Notes: generated by a model from the sequence alone, not told the origin. A DNA stretch of 64,000 nt from Chloroflexota bacterium (GCA_963663275.1 OY760183.1:1664001-1728000), one strand, 5' to 3'; numbered from the stretch's first letter, positions 16,922 to 27,751 are shown. Numbers and translations are program-made.

Positions 16922-18205
16922 ATGAAAGGGCAGACCTTGCGTAGGCATACCCTGCCGAACGGACTGCGGGCGCTCATCCTGCCTATGCCGCACACCCGGG
17001 CCGTTACCGTCAGCCTCTTCTGCGGCGCCGGGTCTCGCTACGAGCCGTACGACCAGATGGGAATCTCCCACTTTCTGGAACACATGCTCTTCAAAGGCAC
17101 CGAGCAACGGCCGGACCCCCAGGAGATTGCGGAGGCGATCGAGCGCACCGGCGGGTTGCTGAACGCCAGCACCGGACGCGAGGCGACGGTAATCTGGGCA
17201 AAAGTAGCCTCGCACCACCTGCCGATTGCCTTCGACATCCTCTCCGACATCATCCTCAACCCCTCGTTTCGCGCCGACGACGTGGAGCGCGAGCGCGGCG
17301 TCATCCTGGAGGAACTGGACCTCTACCAGGATACGCCGTCGGATTGGGTGCACGTCCTCATGTCGCGCCTGCTGTGGCCGCGCCACCCGCTGGGAGAGGA
17401 CATTGGCGGCCGTCCCGAAACGATCATGGACATTACCCGGGACGACCTGCTGAAGCACCTGGAAGACTTCTACCGCGCCAACAACATGGTGCTGGTGGTG
17501 GCGGGGGGCGTGGACGCGGACCGGGCCCTGGCGCACGCGGAAGAGGCGTTTGGCGGCCTGCGCAAAGGCACCGGCCCGGCCTGGCTGCCCGCGGTGGCCA
17601 CCCAGCCGCAGGAGCGGGTGGTTACCCAGCCGGAAGACCACAACCAAGTGCAGCTTTGCATCGGCGGCGCGGGCCTCTCCCACGCCGACCCGGACCGCCA
17701 CGCGCTGGAATTGCTCAATACGGCGTTGGGAGACGGCATGAGTTCGCGCCTGGCGGTGGAGGTGCGCGAGCGGCTGGGCCTGGCGTACGACATCTACTCC
17801 TACGCCGAGCAGTACTTCGATACCGGCGCGTTCATCATTGCCGCCGGTGTTGAAGACACGCACCTTGACGGCGCTTTGTCCGCCATCTGGGAACAGGTGG
17901 AACGAATGCGGCAGGAGAAACTCACGGCGGATGAGATGGACAAGGTGCGGGAATTCACCAAAGGACGCCTGCTGCTGAGCATGGAAGACAGCTGGAACGT
18001 GGCCAGTTGGTACGGCAGCCAAGAGGTGCTGATGCATTCGACGGTGACGCTGGACGAAATGCTGGCTACCCTGGACGACATTACGGCCGACGACGTGCTG
18101 CGGGTGGCCCAGCGCGTGTTCGTGCCCGGCTGGGCGCACGTGGCGCTGGTGGGGCCGGGCCTCGACCGGGCGGCGATGGAAGACATGGTGAGCCTGTGGA
18201 ACTAG
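16922..18205 (+). CDS. M16 (pitrilysin) zinc peptidase
   Basis: GISHFLEHMLFKGT, GMSSRL..EVRE..GLAY. Confidence 0.92.
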   Translation: MKGQTLRRHTLPNGLRALILPMPHTRAVTVSLFCGAGSRYEPYDQMGISHFLEHMLFKGTEQRPDPQEIAEAIERTGGLLNASTGREATVIWAKVASHHLPIAFDILSDIILNPSFRADDVERERGVILEELDLYQDTPSDWVHVLMSRLLWPRHPLGEDIGGRPETIMDITRDDLLKHLEDFYRANNMVLVVAGGVDADRALAHAEEAFGGLRKGTGPAWLPAVATQPQERVVTQPEDHNQVQLCIGGAGLSHADPDRHALELLNTALGDGMSSRLAVEVRERLGLAYDIYSYAEQYFDTGAFIIAAGVEDTHLDGALSAIWEQVERMRQEKLTADEMDKVREFTKGRLLLSMEDSWNVASWYGSQEVLMHSTVTLDEMLATLDDITADDVLRVAQRVFVPGWAHVALVGPGLDRAAMEDMVSLWN

Positions 18206-18480
18206 CGGCTCAACGCGCTTGTATCGATGGGTAGCGTAGGTTTACAACCTGCGCCTGATGGGTAGCGTAGGTTTGCAACCTGCGCGGTTTTGTTGGCGCT
18301 GCCGCTTGGCTCTACCCGTCTATGTGACGTAGCCGCTCTACGCGGTCGTCGTCTGTGACGTAGGCGGAGGCTGCGACCAGGCCGGCGGCTGCGGCGAAGG
18401 CGGCGTTGCCGACGGTTCCAGGCGAGATGCACGCGGCGGCTTCCTCGTACACGCAACAAACCGGCGGATTTTAGGGCAGT

Positions 18481-19977
18481 ATGAAGCTGAAGGACTTTCT
18501 GCAGTGGGGAGAGCAGGCGCTGGCGCTGCGGCGCTTCGCGCTGGCGGAAGAGATTGCCCGCTTCCTGCTGGCGCAATCGCCGCAAAACCTGGCGGCGCGC
18601 ACCTTGATGGGCCACGTCTCTCTGGCGTCAGGCAACTTCGCGCTGGCCGAAGAGCACTTTGCGCAGGCGCTGGACATGGACCCGGAGAATCCACTGACGC
18701 TCACCCGCTACGCCGACGCGCTAGAAGCCCAGGAACAGGAGGCAGAGACGCTGGCGGCGCTGCGCCGGGCGTTCGAGTGCGACCCGGCGCGCATGGAGGT
18801 GAAGCAGCGCATGGTGGCGCTGCAAAGCGGCGGGGACGGCGCGCTGGCCGGTGAGGCGCTCCTGACGCGCATGGGGCTGGCGCGCATCCATCTGCGCAGC
18901 GGCCTCATCGAACATGCGATTGCCGAATTGCGCCAATTGCTGGAAGGACGCGAGGCGCACTGGAGCGCGCAAGTGGCATTGATGGAGGCGCACTGGCTCA
19001 ATGGCGATCGGCAGGCGGCCGGCGGGCTTGCCGATGAGATACTCCGCGCGCACCCGAACTGCTTGAAAGCGATCCTCCTGTCGGCGGACGTGCGCGCCCA
19101 CCTGGGGCTGATGGACCAGGCGCGGCAGTTCTTCGAGCGGTCCCGCCAGGTGGATCCGGACTTTCTGCTGGCCCGCGCCCTCTACCCGGCCAACGGCCCT
19201 TCCCGCTTGCCCTTGCCCGGCGACGACGCGGAACTGAACGTGCCGCTCGACTTCTTGCAGCGGATCGAAGCGGAACTGGCCGCCAAGGCTGAACCGGAAC
19301 AGGAAGGCGCGACGCAGGCGCCGCCTGCGCCGGAGCGGACGGACTCCGCGGAGCGGGCGGCCGCTGCTCGAGACGCAGGCGCACAGGAGCCGGCCGCCGC
19401 GCAACCGGATAGCCAGCGCGTCATCGTTACGCCTCCTCCAAGCGGGGAGCCGGAGACCGCAGACCCAGCGCCGTCCCCGCCCGACGCGGGCATGGAATCC
19501 GCAGAGGAAGCGGCCGCGGCGACCGCGTCTCCGGCCCGTCAGGATGCAGAACCCGGCCCCGCTGAGGCTGTCGATTCCGGCTCCACGGAAGACGCCGGCC
19601 TCGCTACAGAACCGGATTTCGCTGAAGTCGCCGCCGCAGACGCAGACGTTGTAACGGATGCGGAGGCCGCGCCGGACGCAGACCCCGAGGCGGACAGACG
19701 TGTTGCCGCGGAGGCGGGCGGGACCCCTGAGGCCGAGGGTGCGACGTGGGAAGCCCTACTGCACACCCTGGAGCAGCAGGCCGGCCGGCCGGACGAAGCC
19801 GCGCTGGACTCGATCGTGGAACGCCTGGAGGCGCTCGCCGATTCCGCGCCGGATAAGCTGCAAGCGTGGCAACAGCTTGGCGACGTCTACCAGCGCCTGG
19901 GACGGACCGACCGCGCCATGCGCGCCTACATGAAAGCCCTGGAAAGCAGCGGCAAGAAGGACGCCGGGAACGGGTAA
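18481..19977 (+). CDS. TPR protein with long acidic Ala/Pro-rich linker
   Basis: TPR-like helices N-terminal and C-terminal (WQQLGDVYQRLGRTDRAMRAY). Confidence 0.75.
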   Translation: MKLKDFLQWGEQALALRRFALAEEIARFLLAQSPQNLAARTLMGHVSLASGNFALAEEHFAQALDMDPENPLTLTRYADALEAQEQEAETLAALRRAFECDPARMEVKQRMVALQSGGDGALAGEALLTRMGLARIHLRSGLIEHAIAELRQLLEGREAHWSAQVALMEAHWLNGDRQAAGGLADEILRAHPNCLKAILLSADVRAHLGLMDQARQFFERSRQVDPDFLLARALYPANGPSRLPLPGDDAELNVPLDFLQRIEAELAAKAEPEQEGATQAPPAPERTDSAERAAAARDAGAQEPAAAQPDSQRVIVTPPPSGEPETADPAPSPPDAGMESAEEAAAATASPARQDAEPGPAEAVDSGSTEDAGLATEPDFAEVAAADADVVTDAEAAPDADPEADRRVAAEAGGTPEAEGATWEALLHTLEQQAGRPDEAALDSIVERLEALADSAPDKLQAWQQLGDVYQRLGRTDRAMRAYMKALESSGKKDAGNG

Positions 19978-20144
19978 CGCAGAACCGGTAGGCGCGGCGC
20001 AAGTAGAAGGTCAAGCCAAGCGACTGTATCCCATGCCGCCTGGGGCGCGCTGTGGGCAAACTGCCGCTGCCGTTGCGGACGCCGCCCAGATCGACGCGCC
20101 ACGGGCGAGCGTGACTGCCATCGACGTTGGAGAGGAGCGAGCGC

Positions 20145-21848
20145 ATGAAGAAGGTCCTGCTGTTCGCCAGCGCCCTGCTCGCGCTGCTCGTGGCGCTCCT
20201 CATTGTCGGGACGCTCTTCTTCTTTCCCGCCGCCATGTTCGATGAAGAGGGCGGCTTCTTCGGGGCCGGGGCCGCGGTGGAAGCGGAAATGGCGATGGCG
20301 TCTGCCGAAGAGGCCGACTCCATGGAAGACGCGCCGGCAGCGAAGATGGCCGCGGTTGCGCCGGAGGCCGCCCCGCAGGAAGCGCCCGCTGCCGGGGTTG
20401 CGGCCAACGCCAAGGTTGCGGCGGCGCCAGCGGCAACTTCGGCGGCAACGGACGACGCCAAGGTCATTCGCAACGGCACGCTCACCCTCGTGGTGGACGA
20501 TCCGGCCGCGGCCGTGACGGCGGTGGAAGGCATCATCGCCGGGATGCCGGGCGCGTTCATTGCCGCCGCCGAGATGCGGCGCGCCGGCGATCCCCAGCCG
20601 ACGGCGCTCACGCTGCGGGTGCCGGCGGCGTCGTTCGACCAGGCGTTGGCGGCGCTGCGGGCGCTGGCGCGGGAGACGCTGGCGGAGCAGACGACCGCCC
20701 GCGACGTGACGGAAGAGTATACCGACCTCGACGCGCGCCTCCGCAATCTCCACGCCGCCGAAGCGCAACTGCTCGCCCTGGTGGAACAGGCCGATACGGT
20801 TGAAGACCTGCTGCAGATCGAGAAGCGCCTGGCGGAAGTGCGGGGCGAGATAGAGAGGCTGCAGGGGCGCTTCAACGTGCTTCAGGACCGCATCGCGCTG
20901 GCAACGATCCGCCTGCTGCTGCACGCGCCGCCGGACCTCTCCGTGGAAATTGCGGCCGGAAGCCCGCCCACGGCCCGCGCCGTGACCTCCTTCGCGCTCA
21001 CCTATCGCAATGACGGCAGCGTCCCGGCCCGCGACGGCAGGCTCACGCTCCGCGTGCCCGAACGCCTCAGCGTGTACGAGGTGGGTGAGGGCGGCCGCTA
21101 CGATCCGGACGCCCGTGAGATTCAATGGCGATTGGCGGACGTTGCGCCCGGCGCGGTGGGGAGCGTAAACGCCTACCTGCGTGTGGAGGCGACCGACACC
21201 GACATTCTGCTGGAGGCCGCCATCCGGTCGGCAAGCGCGGAGGCGGACAGCGCCAACAATACGGCCGCCATCACGCTGACTTTCACGCCGGACCTGGCGC
21301 TGAGCGTCGAAGGCCGGGCTGCGGGCGCGCAGGGCAGCGATGTGCCCATTTGGATATTCGCGGTCAACGCCGGCACGGCTGACGCCACCGACGTGACGGT
21401 GCGGGCGGTGATTCCTCCCGGCTTGACCTTCGTGCGGGCGGACGCCGGCGGCGGCTACAACCGGGAGACGGACAGCGTCGTGTGGAACCTGGGACGGCTG
21501 GAGGCCGGCGCCGGCGTCGAGGCGGTCATGCATCTGCGGGTGGACGCCGCGGAAGGCCGCTTGCGCATTCCCATTGCCATTGCCGCCGAACAGGCCGACG
21601 CCGTCACCTTCAATAACCGCGCCGACGCGTACGTGACCGCGCTGCGCGAGGACGTCTCCACCCGTTCCGTCTGGCGGCCCGGCCGGACGCTGGAGGCAAG
21701 CCTGGCGGCGCTTGTCATCGTGGCGCAGCGGGCGGTGGACGTGCTCATCTGGCTGCTGATCTTCGGCATTCCGCTGGGCCTCATCGGCGGGGCGGTGTAC
21801 GGCGCGCTCGCGGTCATGCGCCACCGGCGGCGGAGGCGGAACGGTTGA
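20145..21848 (+). CDS. DUF4349 protein with two DUF11/Ig-like domains and a C-terminal TM helix
   Basis: KVIRNGTL, LRVPA, DVTEEYTD, IERLQG; NAGTADATDVTV...PPGLTFV...WNLG. Confidence 0.75.
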   Translation: MKKVLLFASALLALLVALLIVGTLFFFPAAMFDEEGGFFGAGAAVEAEMAMASAEEADSMEDAPAAKMAAVAPEAAPQEAPAAGVAANAKVAAAPAATSAATDDAKVIRNGTLTLVVDDPAAAVTAVEGIIAGMPGAFIAAAEMRRAGDPQPTALTLRVPAASFDQALAALRALARETLAEQTTARDVTEEYTDLDARLRNLHAAEAQLLALVEQADTVEDLLQIEKRLAEVRGEIERLQGRFNVLQDRIALATIRLLLHAPPDLSVEIAAGSPPTARAVTSFALTYRNDGSVPARDGRLTLRVPERLSVYEVGEGGRYDPDAREIQWRLADVAPGAVGSVNAYLRVEATDTDILLEAAIRSASAEADSANNTAAITLTFTPDLALSVEGRAAGAQGSDVPIWIFAVNAGTADATDVTVRAVIPPGLTFVRADAGGGYNRETDSVVWNLGRLEAGAGVEAVMHLRVDAAEGRLRIPIAIAAEQADAVTFNNRADAYVTALREDVSTRSVWRPGRTLEASLAALVIVAQRAVDVLIWLLIFGIPLGLIGGAVYGALAVMRHRRRRRNG

Positions 21849-21864
21849 GCGCGCCGCCGGAAAG

Positions 21865-23502
21865 ATGAACGCATCCGTTTCCACCGACGCGATCCTGGCC
21901 CGCGCCGCGCTGGTGCTGCTGCTCGGCAACGTGCTCAGCCGCATTCTGGGCCTGGTGCGCGAACAGACGATCGCCTACCTCTTTGGCGTGAGCGGGGACG
22001 CCTCATCCTTCGTCGCGGCGTCCCAAGTGCCGACGATGGTCTACGACCTCTTGCTCGGCGGCGCGGTGACGGCGGCGTTGGTGCCCGTATTCAGCGACTA
22101 CGCGCGCAACAACCGCGAATTTTCGGCGCTGTTCGGCGCTATGCTCGCGCTGGCTGCGGTGGCGCTGGGCGGCATGGTGGTGCTGCTCAGCCTCTTCGCC
22201 GAGCCGCTGGTGCGCGTGCTCGTGCCGGGTTTCGCCGGGCAACTTGCCAACCAATGCATCATATCGTCGCAGTCCGCGACCATGGCGGCCAGCGGCGGCC
22301 CCGCGCCGGAACTGCTGGCGCAGACCGTGTGGCTCACCCGCCTGGCGCTGCCGGCCGCCGCGTTTCTGGGATTGTCAGGCGTCGTCAACGCGGCGCTCTA
22401 CGCCGGCCGCAAGCCGCACTATCCGGCCTTCTGCGCGGCAATCTATAACCTGGCAATCATCCTCACCGCCCTGCTCTTCGTGGGCCGGTTGGGCATCGCC
22501 AGTCTGGCGATCGGCGTGCTGGCGGGTTCGGTTGGCCAGCTCGTCTTCCAATTGCCCGGCTTGTGGCGCATGGGGCTGCGACCCCGGTTGGCGTTCTCGC
22601 ACCCCGCCGTGCCGCGCATCCTGCGGCTGTACGCGCCGGTCTTTGCCGGGCTCATCATCACCCAGCTTGCCATCGTCCTGGACCGCAACCTGGCGTCCTG
22701 CACCGGCCCGGACAGCATCGCCGCCATGAACTACGCCACGCGCCTGGTGCAACTCCCGCTGGGTTTGGTCGGCTCGGCAATCGCGCTGGCGGTGCTGCCG
22801 CTGCTGGCCGCCGCGGGCGCGAGCCGGGACACGGCCGACTTCCGGCGCATTCTCAGCCAAGGCGTGCGGCTCATACTCATGTTGATGCTGCCGCTCTTCG
22901 CCTTGATGCTGGTCTGGCACCGGGAGATTGTGGAGCTAGTCTATCAACGCGGCGCGTTCGACGCCGCCGGCACCGGCGCTACCGGCCTGGCGCTCTTGCT
23001 CTACAGCCTGCAACTGCCGCTCACCGGCCTGGACCAGCTCTTCATCTTTGCCTACTACGCGCGCAAGAATACGCGCACGCCCGTGCTGGTCGGCATACTT
23101 GGCATCGGCTTCTATCTGGCGGTCGCGCTGCCGTTGCTGGGGCCGTTGGGAATGCCGGGGCTGGTGCTTGCCAATACCGTGCAGAATGCCGGCCACGCGC
23201 TGGTCATGCTCTGGCTCCTCAACCGGCTGCTGGGCGGCGTGGGTGGCGCGGGCTTTGGCCGCTTCATGGCCGTGATTGGCGCGTGCGCGCTTCTGGTGGC
23301 CGCGGCGGCCGGCGTGATGCTCTTCGCGTACACCACGCTGGCGGGGGCGGGAAGCGCGGCGGGGCTGCTGGCGCTGGTCGTGGGCGGCGGCGGGATGTTG
23401 CTCGTGGCGTATCTGGGCGCGCTGCGCCTGTGCAGGCTGCCTGAACTCGCGCTGCTGGCCGAGATGACGCCCGCTTCGCTGCGTAAGGCGCTGCGGCGCT
23501 GA
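21865..23502 (+). CDS. murJ: Lipid II flippase MurJ/MviN
   Basis: LSRILGLVRE, AALVPVF, YATRLVQLPLG, YQRGAF, YYARKNTRTP. Confidence 0.92.
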   Translation: MNASVSTDAILARAALVLLLGNVLSRILGLVREQTIAYLFGVSGDASSFVAASQVPTMVYDLLLGGAVTAALVPVFSDYARNNREFSALFGAMLALAAVALGGMVVLLSLFAEPLVRVLVPGFAGQLANQCIISSQSATMAASGGPAPELLAQTVWLTRLALPAAAFLGLSGVVNAALYAGRKPHYPAFCAAIYNLAIILTALLFVGRLGIASLAIGVLAGSVGQLVFQLPGLWRMGLRPRLAFSHPAVPRILRLYAPVFAGLIITQLAIVLDRNLASCTGPDSIAAMNYATRLVQLPLGLVGSAIALAVLPLLAAAGASRDTADFRRILSQGVRLILMLMLPLFALMLVWHREIVELVYQRGAFDAAGTGATGLALLLYSLQLPLTGLDQLFIFAYYARKNTRTPVLVGILGIGFYLAVALPLLGPLGMPGLVLANTVQNAGHALVMLWLLNRLLGGVGGAGFGRFMAVIGACALLVAAAAGVMLFAYTTLAGAGSAAGLLALVVGGGGMLLVAYLGALRLCRLPELALLAEMTPASLRKALRR

Positions 23503-23750
23503 TGGCAACGACTTCACGCTCCGGACGGCGCCTCTGTGACTAACGACGTTGAAAAAGCCAGCGGGGAACGGCGGACGCAAGCGCGCCGAGAGCGCGGCAA
23601 GGCGCGCGCCGGTAGGCCGTCCGGCGCGAGAGTGTGGCATGATAGGAGTGAATGTTTTGGTATGCTCCGGGCCGCGGCCGGGCGCGAAAATCTCTCCTTG
23701 GAAAGGGCGCTCACCGCGCGGTGAGCGGCAACATGAACGCGGTGTAGACT

Positions 23751-26588
23751 GTGGAAACTGATTCCCGGCAGACCGGCATGCGCCGGGTGCCGATCGAACA
23801 ACTGCGCGACGACGTGCACTTTCTCGGCAGCGTGCTGGGCAACGTGCTGCGCGAGCAACACGGCGCGGCGCTCCTGGACCTGGTCGAGGACATTCGCCTG
23901 CGCGCCATCTGGCAGCGGACTACCACCGCGACCGTATCGCTGCAACCGCTTGCGGATTCGGTAGCCGAATTGCGGCCGGACGAGATGTTCACCGTCGCGC
24001 GCGCGTTCTCGCTCTACTTCTATCTCATCAACGCCGCGGAAGAGCAGCACCGCCTGCGCCGCATGAGGGAGAACGAGCGCACCAGCTATCCCCAGCCGCG
24101 CTATGAATCCATTGCCGCCGCCGTGGGCCGCCTGAAGGACGAGGGCGTCACGCCGGCGGAACTGGCGCCCATTCTGGCGTTGCTTTCCCTGCGTCCCGTC
24201 TTTACGCGGCACCCGACGGAAGTGCGGCGGCGCACGCTGCTCGTCTTCCTGGAGATGCTGCGCACCTGCCTGGCGGAACGCGAGGGCAACCCGCAGGACC
24301 TCTCGCCGGAGCGGGGGGCCGGCGCGAAGATTCACGAAATCGTGACGATTCTGGCGCAAACGGACATTACGCCCTGGGAGCGGCCCACGGTGCTGGGCGA
24401 GGTGGACGACGGCCTCTACTACTTCGACCACGTGCTGCTGGACGTCATTCCGGCGCTCTACCACGAGTTCGAGGACGCGCTGCGCGCCTATGCGGAAGAC
24501 TACCCGTTCACGCTGCCGCGCTTCCTGAGCTTCGGCTCCTGGATGGGCGGCGACCGGGACGGCAATCCCTTCGTGACGCCGGCGGTGACCGAGGAGACCC
24601 TGCGCATGCACCGCTCGCTGATTCTCGATCGGTACATACGGGACCTGGACGAACTCTGGCGGGTGCTGAGCCTCTCCGCCCGCTACGCTACCGTTTCGCC
24701 TGCGCTGCTGGATTCTATCGCCGAGGACCGGGCGTCGCTGCCGGGCGCGGGCGTAGGCACGAAAGCGGACCTGACCGAGCCGTACCGGACGAAGATCCAG
24801 TTTATGCAGAAGCGCCTGGCGCGCACCAGAAGGCGCTACGCCGGGGGCGGCGCCGCGGCCGCGGGCGCGTATCACACCCCCGGCGCTTTGCTGGACGACC
24901 TGGTGCTCATGCGGCAGAGTCTGGTGGAAAACGGCGGCGAGCGCATCGCCCAGGGCCTGCTGCGCGACGTGATCCGGCGGGTGCAGGTGTTCGGCTTCCA
25001 CCTGGTGGACCTGGACGTGCGCGAACACAGCGCGGTGCACGCCGCTACTCTGGACGAATACCTGGCCGCCGCGGACGTTACGCCGCAGTACAGCGGCCTG
25101 GACGAGGCGGCCAAGGTGGCGCTGCTGACGCGGCTGCTGGCCGCCCCCGCCGCGCTCGGCTTTCCGGAAATTGCGGTATCCCCGGCGGCCCGGCAGGCGT
25201 TCGAGACGTTTGCCAGCATCGCCCGCATGCAGGTGGAGGTGGGGGTTGAGGCCTGCAACACGTACATCATCAGCTTTACCGAAGCCGTGAGCGACGTGCT
25301 GGAAGTGGCGCTGTTGGCGAAAGAGGCCGGGCTGTGGCAGGTGGACGCCGATGGCCGTGTGCGGGAAAGCCGCCTCAAGGTCGTGCCGTTGCTCGAAACC
25401 ATCGAAGACCTGCGCGGCGGCTACGACTTCATGCACGCCTTGCTCGCCATACCCGTCTTCCGCTCCCACGTGGCGCGCTGGGACGACCGCTGCGAGGTGA
25501 TGCTGGGGTATTCGGACAGCAATAAGGACGGCGGCTTCCTGACCGCCACCTGGGAACTCTACTGCGCGCAGAAGCAGGTGGTGGCCGCCTGCCGGGCGCG
25601 CGGCGTGACCGTGCAACTCTTCCACGGGCGCGGCGGCGCGCTGGGTCGGGGCGGCGGGCCGACGAACCGGGCGATCATGGCGCAGCCGCCGGATTCGCTG
25701 GCCGGCGGCATGAAGCTGACGGAACAGGGCGAGGTCATCTTCTCCCGCTACGGGCGGCGTCCGGTGGCGCACCGCAACCTGGAACAGGTAATCCACGCCA
25801 TGCTGCTGGCGCGGCTGAGCCCCAGTGTGCTGGAGTCCCGCGCTTCCCTGGAGCCGGATTGGGAGGGCGTCATGGCCGCACTATCGCAAACGGCGTTTCG
25901 CGCCTACCGCTCGTTGATCTACGAGACGCCGGAACTGCGGACGTACTACCAACAGGCCACCCCCATCGCCTACATCAGCCGCATGAACGTGGGTTCGCGG
26001 CCGGCCTCGCGGAAAGGCGGCGACCGGGTGGAGGACTTGCGGGCGATACCGTGGGTGTTCGCGTGGACGCAGAGTAGACATAACGTGCCCGGATGGTACG
26101 GCGTGGGCAGCGCCTTGCACGCCTTCATCGAGGCGGACGAGGGCAATCTGGAGCGTTTGCGCGCCATGTATACGCGTTGGGTCTTCTTCCGTTCGCTCAT
26201 CGATAACGCCCAGTTGAGCATCGGCACCGCCGACATGTCCGTGGCGCGCCTCTACGCCAGCCTGGTGACCGACGACGCCGTGCGCGAAAAGGTCTATACT
26301 GCCATTGCGCAGGAGTATCAACGCACGCGGGAGGCGCTCTTGCAGATTACCGACCAGGAGCACCTCCTGGATTCATCGCCGGTGCTCCAGCGGTCGATTT
26401 TGCTGCGCAATCCTTACGTGGACCCGCTGCACTGCCTGCAAGTGCGCATGATGCGGGAGTGGCGCGCGGATTTTGGCGGGGAGGCGGAGACGCCGCTGGA
26501 TGAACTTTCGCCGGAAGCGCGGCGCTTGCTGGAAGGGATTTTCCAGACGATCAACGGCATCGCGGCGGGCGTGCAGTCAACGGGATAA
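23751..26588 (+). CDS. ppc: Phosphoenolpyruvate carboxylase
   Basis: SWMGGDRDGNP, VPLLETIEDL, MLGYSDSNKDGG, FHGRGG, TEQGE, LRAIPWVF, RNPYVDPL. Confidence 0.95.
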   Translation: METDSRQTGMRRVPIEQLRDDVHFLGSVLGNVLREQHGAALLDLVEDIRLRAIWQRTTTATVSLQPLADSVAELRPDEMFTVARAFSLYFYLINAAEEQHRLRRMRENERTSYPQPRYESIAAAVGRLKDEGVTPAELAPILALLSLRPVFTRHPTEVRRRTLLVFLEMLRTCLAEREGNPQDLSPERGAGAKIHEIVTILAQTDITPWERPTVLGEVDDGLYYFDHVLLDVIPALYHEFEDALRAYAEDYPFTLPRFLSFGSWMGGDRDGNPFVTPAVTEETLRMHRSLILDRYIRDLDELWRVLSLSARYATVSPALLDSIAEDRASLPGAGVGTKADLTEPYRTKIQFMQKRLARTRRRYAGGGAAAAGAYHTPGALLDDLVLMRQSLVENGGERIAQGLLRDVIRRVQVFGFHLVDLDVREHSAVHAATLDEYLAAADVTPQYSGLDEAAKVALLTRLLAAPAALGFPEIAVSPAARQAFETFASIARMQVEVGVEACNTYIISFTEAVSDVLEVALLAKEAGLWQVDADGRVRESRLKVVPLLETIEDLRGGYDFMHALLAIPVFRSHVARWDDRCEVMLGYSDSNKDGGFLTATWELYCAQKQVVAACRARGVTVQLFHGRGGALGRGGGPTNRAIMAQPPDSLAGGMKLTEQGEVIFSRYGRRPVAHRNLEQVIHAMLLARLSPSVLESRASLEPDWEGVMAALSQTAFRAYRSLIYETPELRTYYQQATPIAYISRMNVGSRPASRKGGDRVEDLRAIPWVFAWTQSRHNVPGWYGVGSALHAFIEADEGNLERLRAMYTRWVFFRSLIDNAQLSIGTADMSVARLYASLVTDDAVREKVYTAIAQEYQRTREALLQITDQEHLLDSSPVLQRSILLRNPYVDPLHCLQVRMMREWRADFGGEAETPLDELSPEARRLLEGIFQTINGIAAGVQSTG

Positions 26589-26688
26589 GACTTTGTCAAG
26601 GCCCCCGTCATCGCTTGGAGGAAGAACGGCGCCGAATCCATCTTTCCCGCAACCCGCCAAAGCCCCACGAAAGCGGCGCTTCATCGGC

Positions 26689-26716
26689 GTAGGGGCGGTT
26701 CGCGAACCGCCCCTAC
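26689..26716. repeat. GTAG REP palindrome
   Basis: GTAGGGGCGGTTCGCGAACCGCCCCTAC, identical to 1175-1202. Confidence 0.9.
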
Positions 26717-26854
26717 TACGAGACACCTCATCCCATTGCGGCGCGCGCACGCGGCAGGTAGTATGAACGTGGCGGCACATAGGTCGCTGCGATTGCAATC
26801 TCGCGCAGTGCCCGCCGGTCGAATATGACGACGCGTGATTGGAGGGTTGGTACG

Positions 26855-27751
26855 ATGGCGCTGCAGACGACGGTTCTACCCGATACGCTTACCTCGAACG
26901 GCAACGCTTTCGACCTCTCCAACGAGACGTTTGGCGAGTTGCGTGAGGCCAACGGCTTGCTGGGCAATCCGGCCGCGCTGCGCGAACGCTTTGCCGAGGA
27001 CGGCTACCTGCTGCTGCGCAACTACCTGGACGTGGAGAAGGTGCTGGCGGCGCGGCGCGAACTGATCGGCCGGCTGGACGAAATCGGCCTCATCGACCGC
27101 TCCCGCCCTTTCATGGACGCGGTTTTCTCCGGGGATACCAGCGGCATCAGCGCCAGCGACCGCAAGCACTTCGCCCGCCGCCTGCGCTCCGGCCCGGCGC
27201 TGAAAGAGGTCTGCTTTACCGGGCGGGTGATGGAGTTCTTCACGCAGTTCTTTGGCGAAGAGGTGCTGCACCTCAACTACGTCTGGGTGCGCAACGTGCG
27301 GCGCGGCGCGGCTACCGGCTGCCACTTCGATTGGGTCTACATGGGACGCGGCACGCCGAACCTGATGACGGCGTGGATACCCCAGGGCGACGTGCCCCTG
27401 GGCGACGGCCCGCTGGCGATCCTGCGCGGCTCCCACCAGTGGGAAGAGTTGCAGAATACCTACGGCGCGATCGACGTGGACAAGGACAAAGAGAAGAACC
27501 CCTACGGCGGCGGCTGGCTGACCAAGAACCCGACCCAGCCCCAACAACGCTACGGCGGCCGCTGGCTTACCACGGAGTTCGAACCGGGCGATCTGCTGGT
27601 CTTCGGCATGTTCACGCTGCACTGCGCCATCGACAACGAAAGCCCGCAAAACCGCATCCGCCTCTCCACCGACACCCGCTACCAACCGGCCACCGAACCC
27701 GCCGACGAACGCTGGATCGGCGACGACCCCTTCGGCCACGGGATGATGTAG
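26855..27751 (+). CDS. Phytanoyl-CoA dioxygenase (PhyH) family Fe(II)/2OG dioxygenase
   Basis: DGYLLLR, HFD, TAWIP, GSH, GDLLVF..FTLH, RLSTDTRY. Confidence 0.88.
   Translation: MALQTTVLPDTLTSNGNAFDLSNETFGELREANGLLGNPAALRERFAEDGYLLLRNYLDVEKVLAARRELIGRLDEIGLIDRSRPFMDAVFSGDTSGISASDRKHFARRLRSGPALKEVCFTGRVMEFFTQFFGEEVLHLNYVWVRNVRRGAATGCHFDWVYMGRGTPNLMTAWIPQGDVPLGDGPLAILRGSHQWEELQNTYGAIDVDKDKEKNPYGGGWLTKNPTQPQQRYGGRWLTTEFEPGDLLVFGMFTLHCAIDNESPQNRIRLSTDTRYQPATEPADERWIGDDPFGHGMM

Noticed and set aside
23514-25796. Long antisense ORFs (also 19926-21944, 47980-49734, 57188-58975, 13393-14943)
   Set aside because: Shadows of GC-rich coding genes on the opposite strand, with no protein motifs
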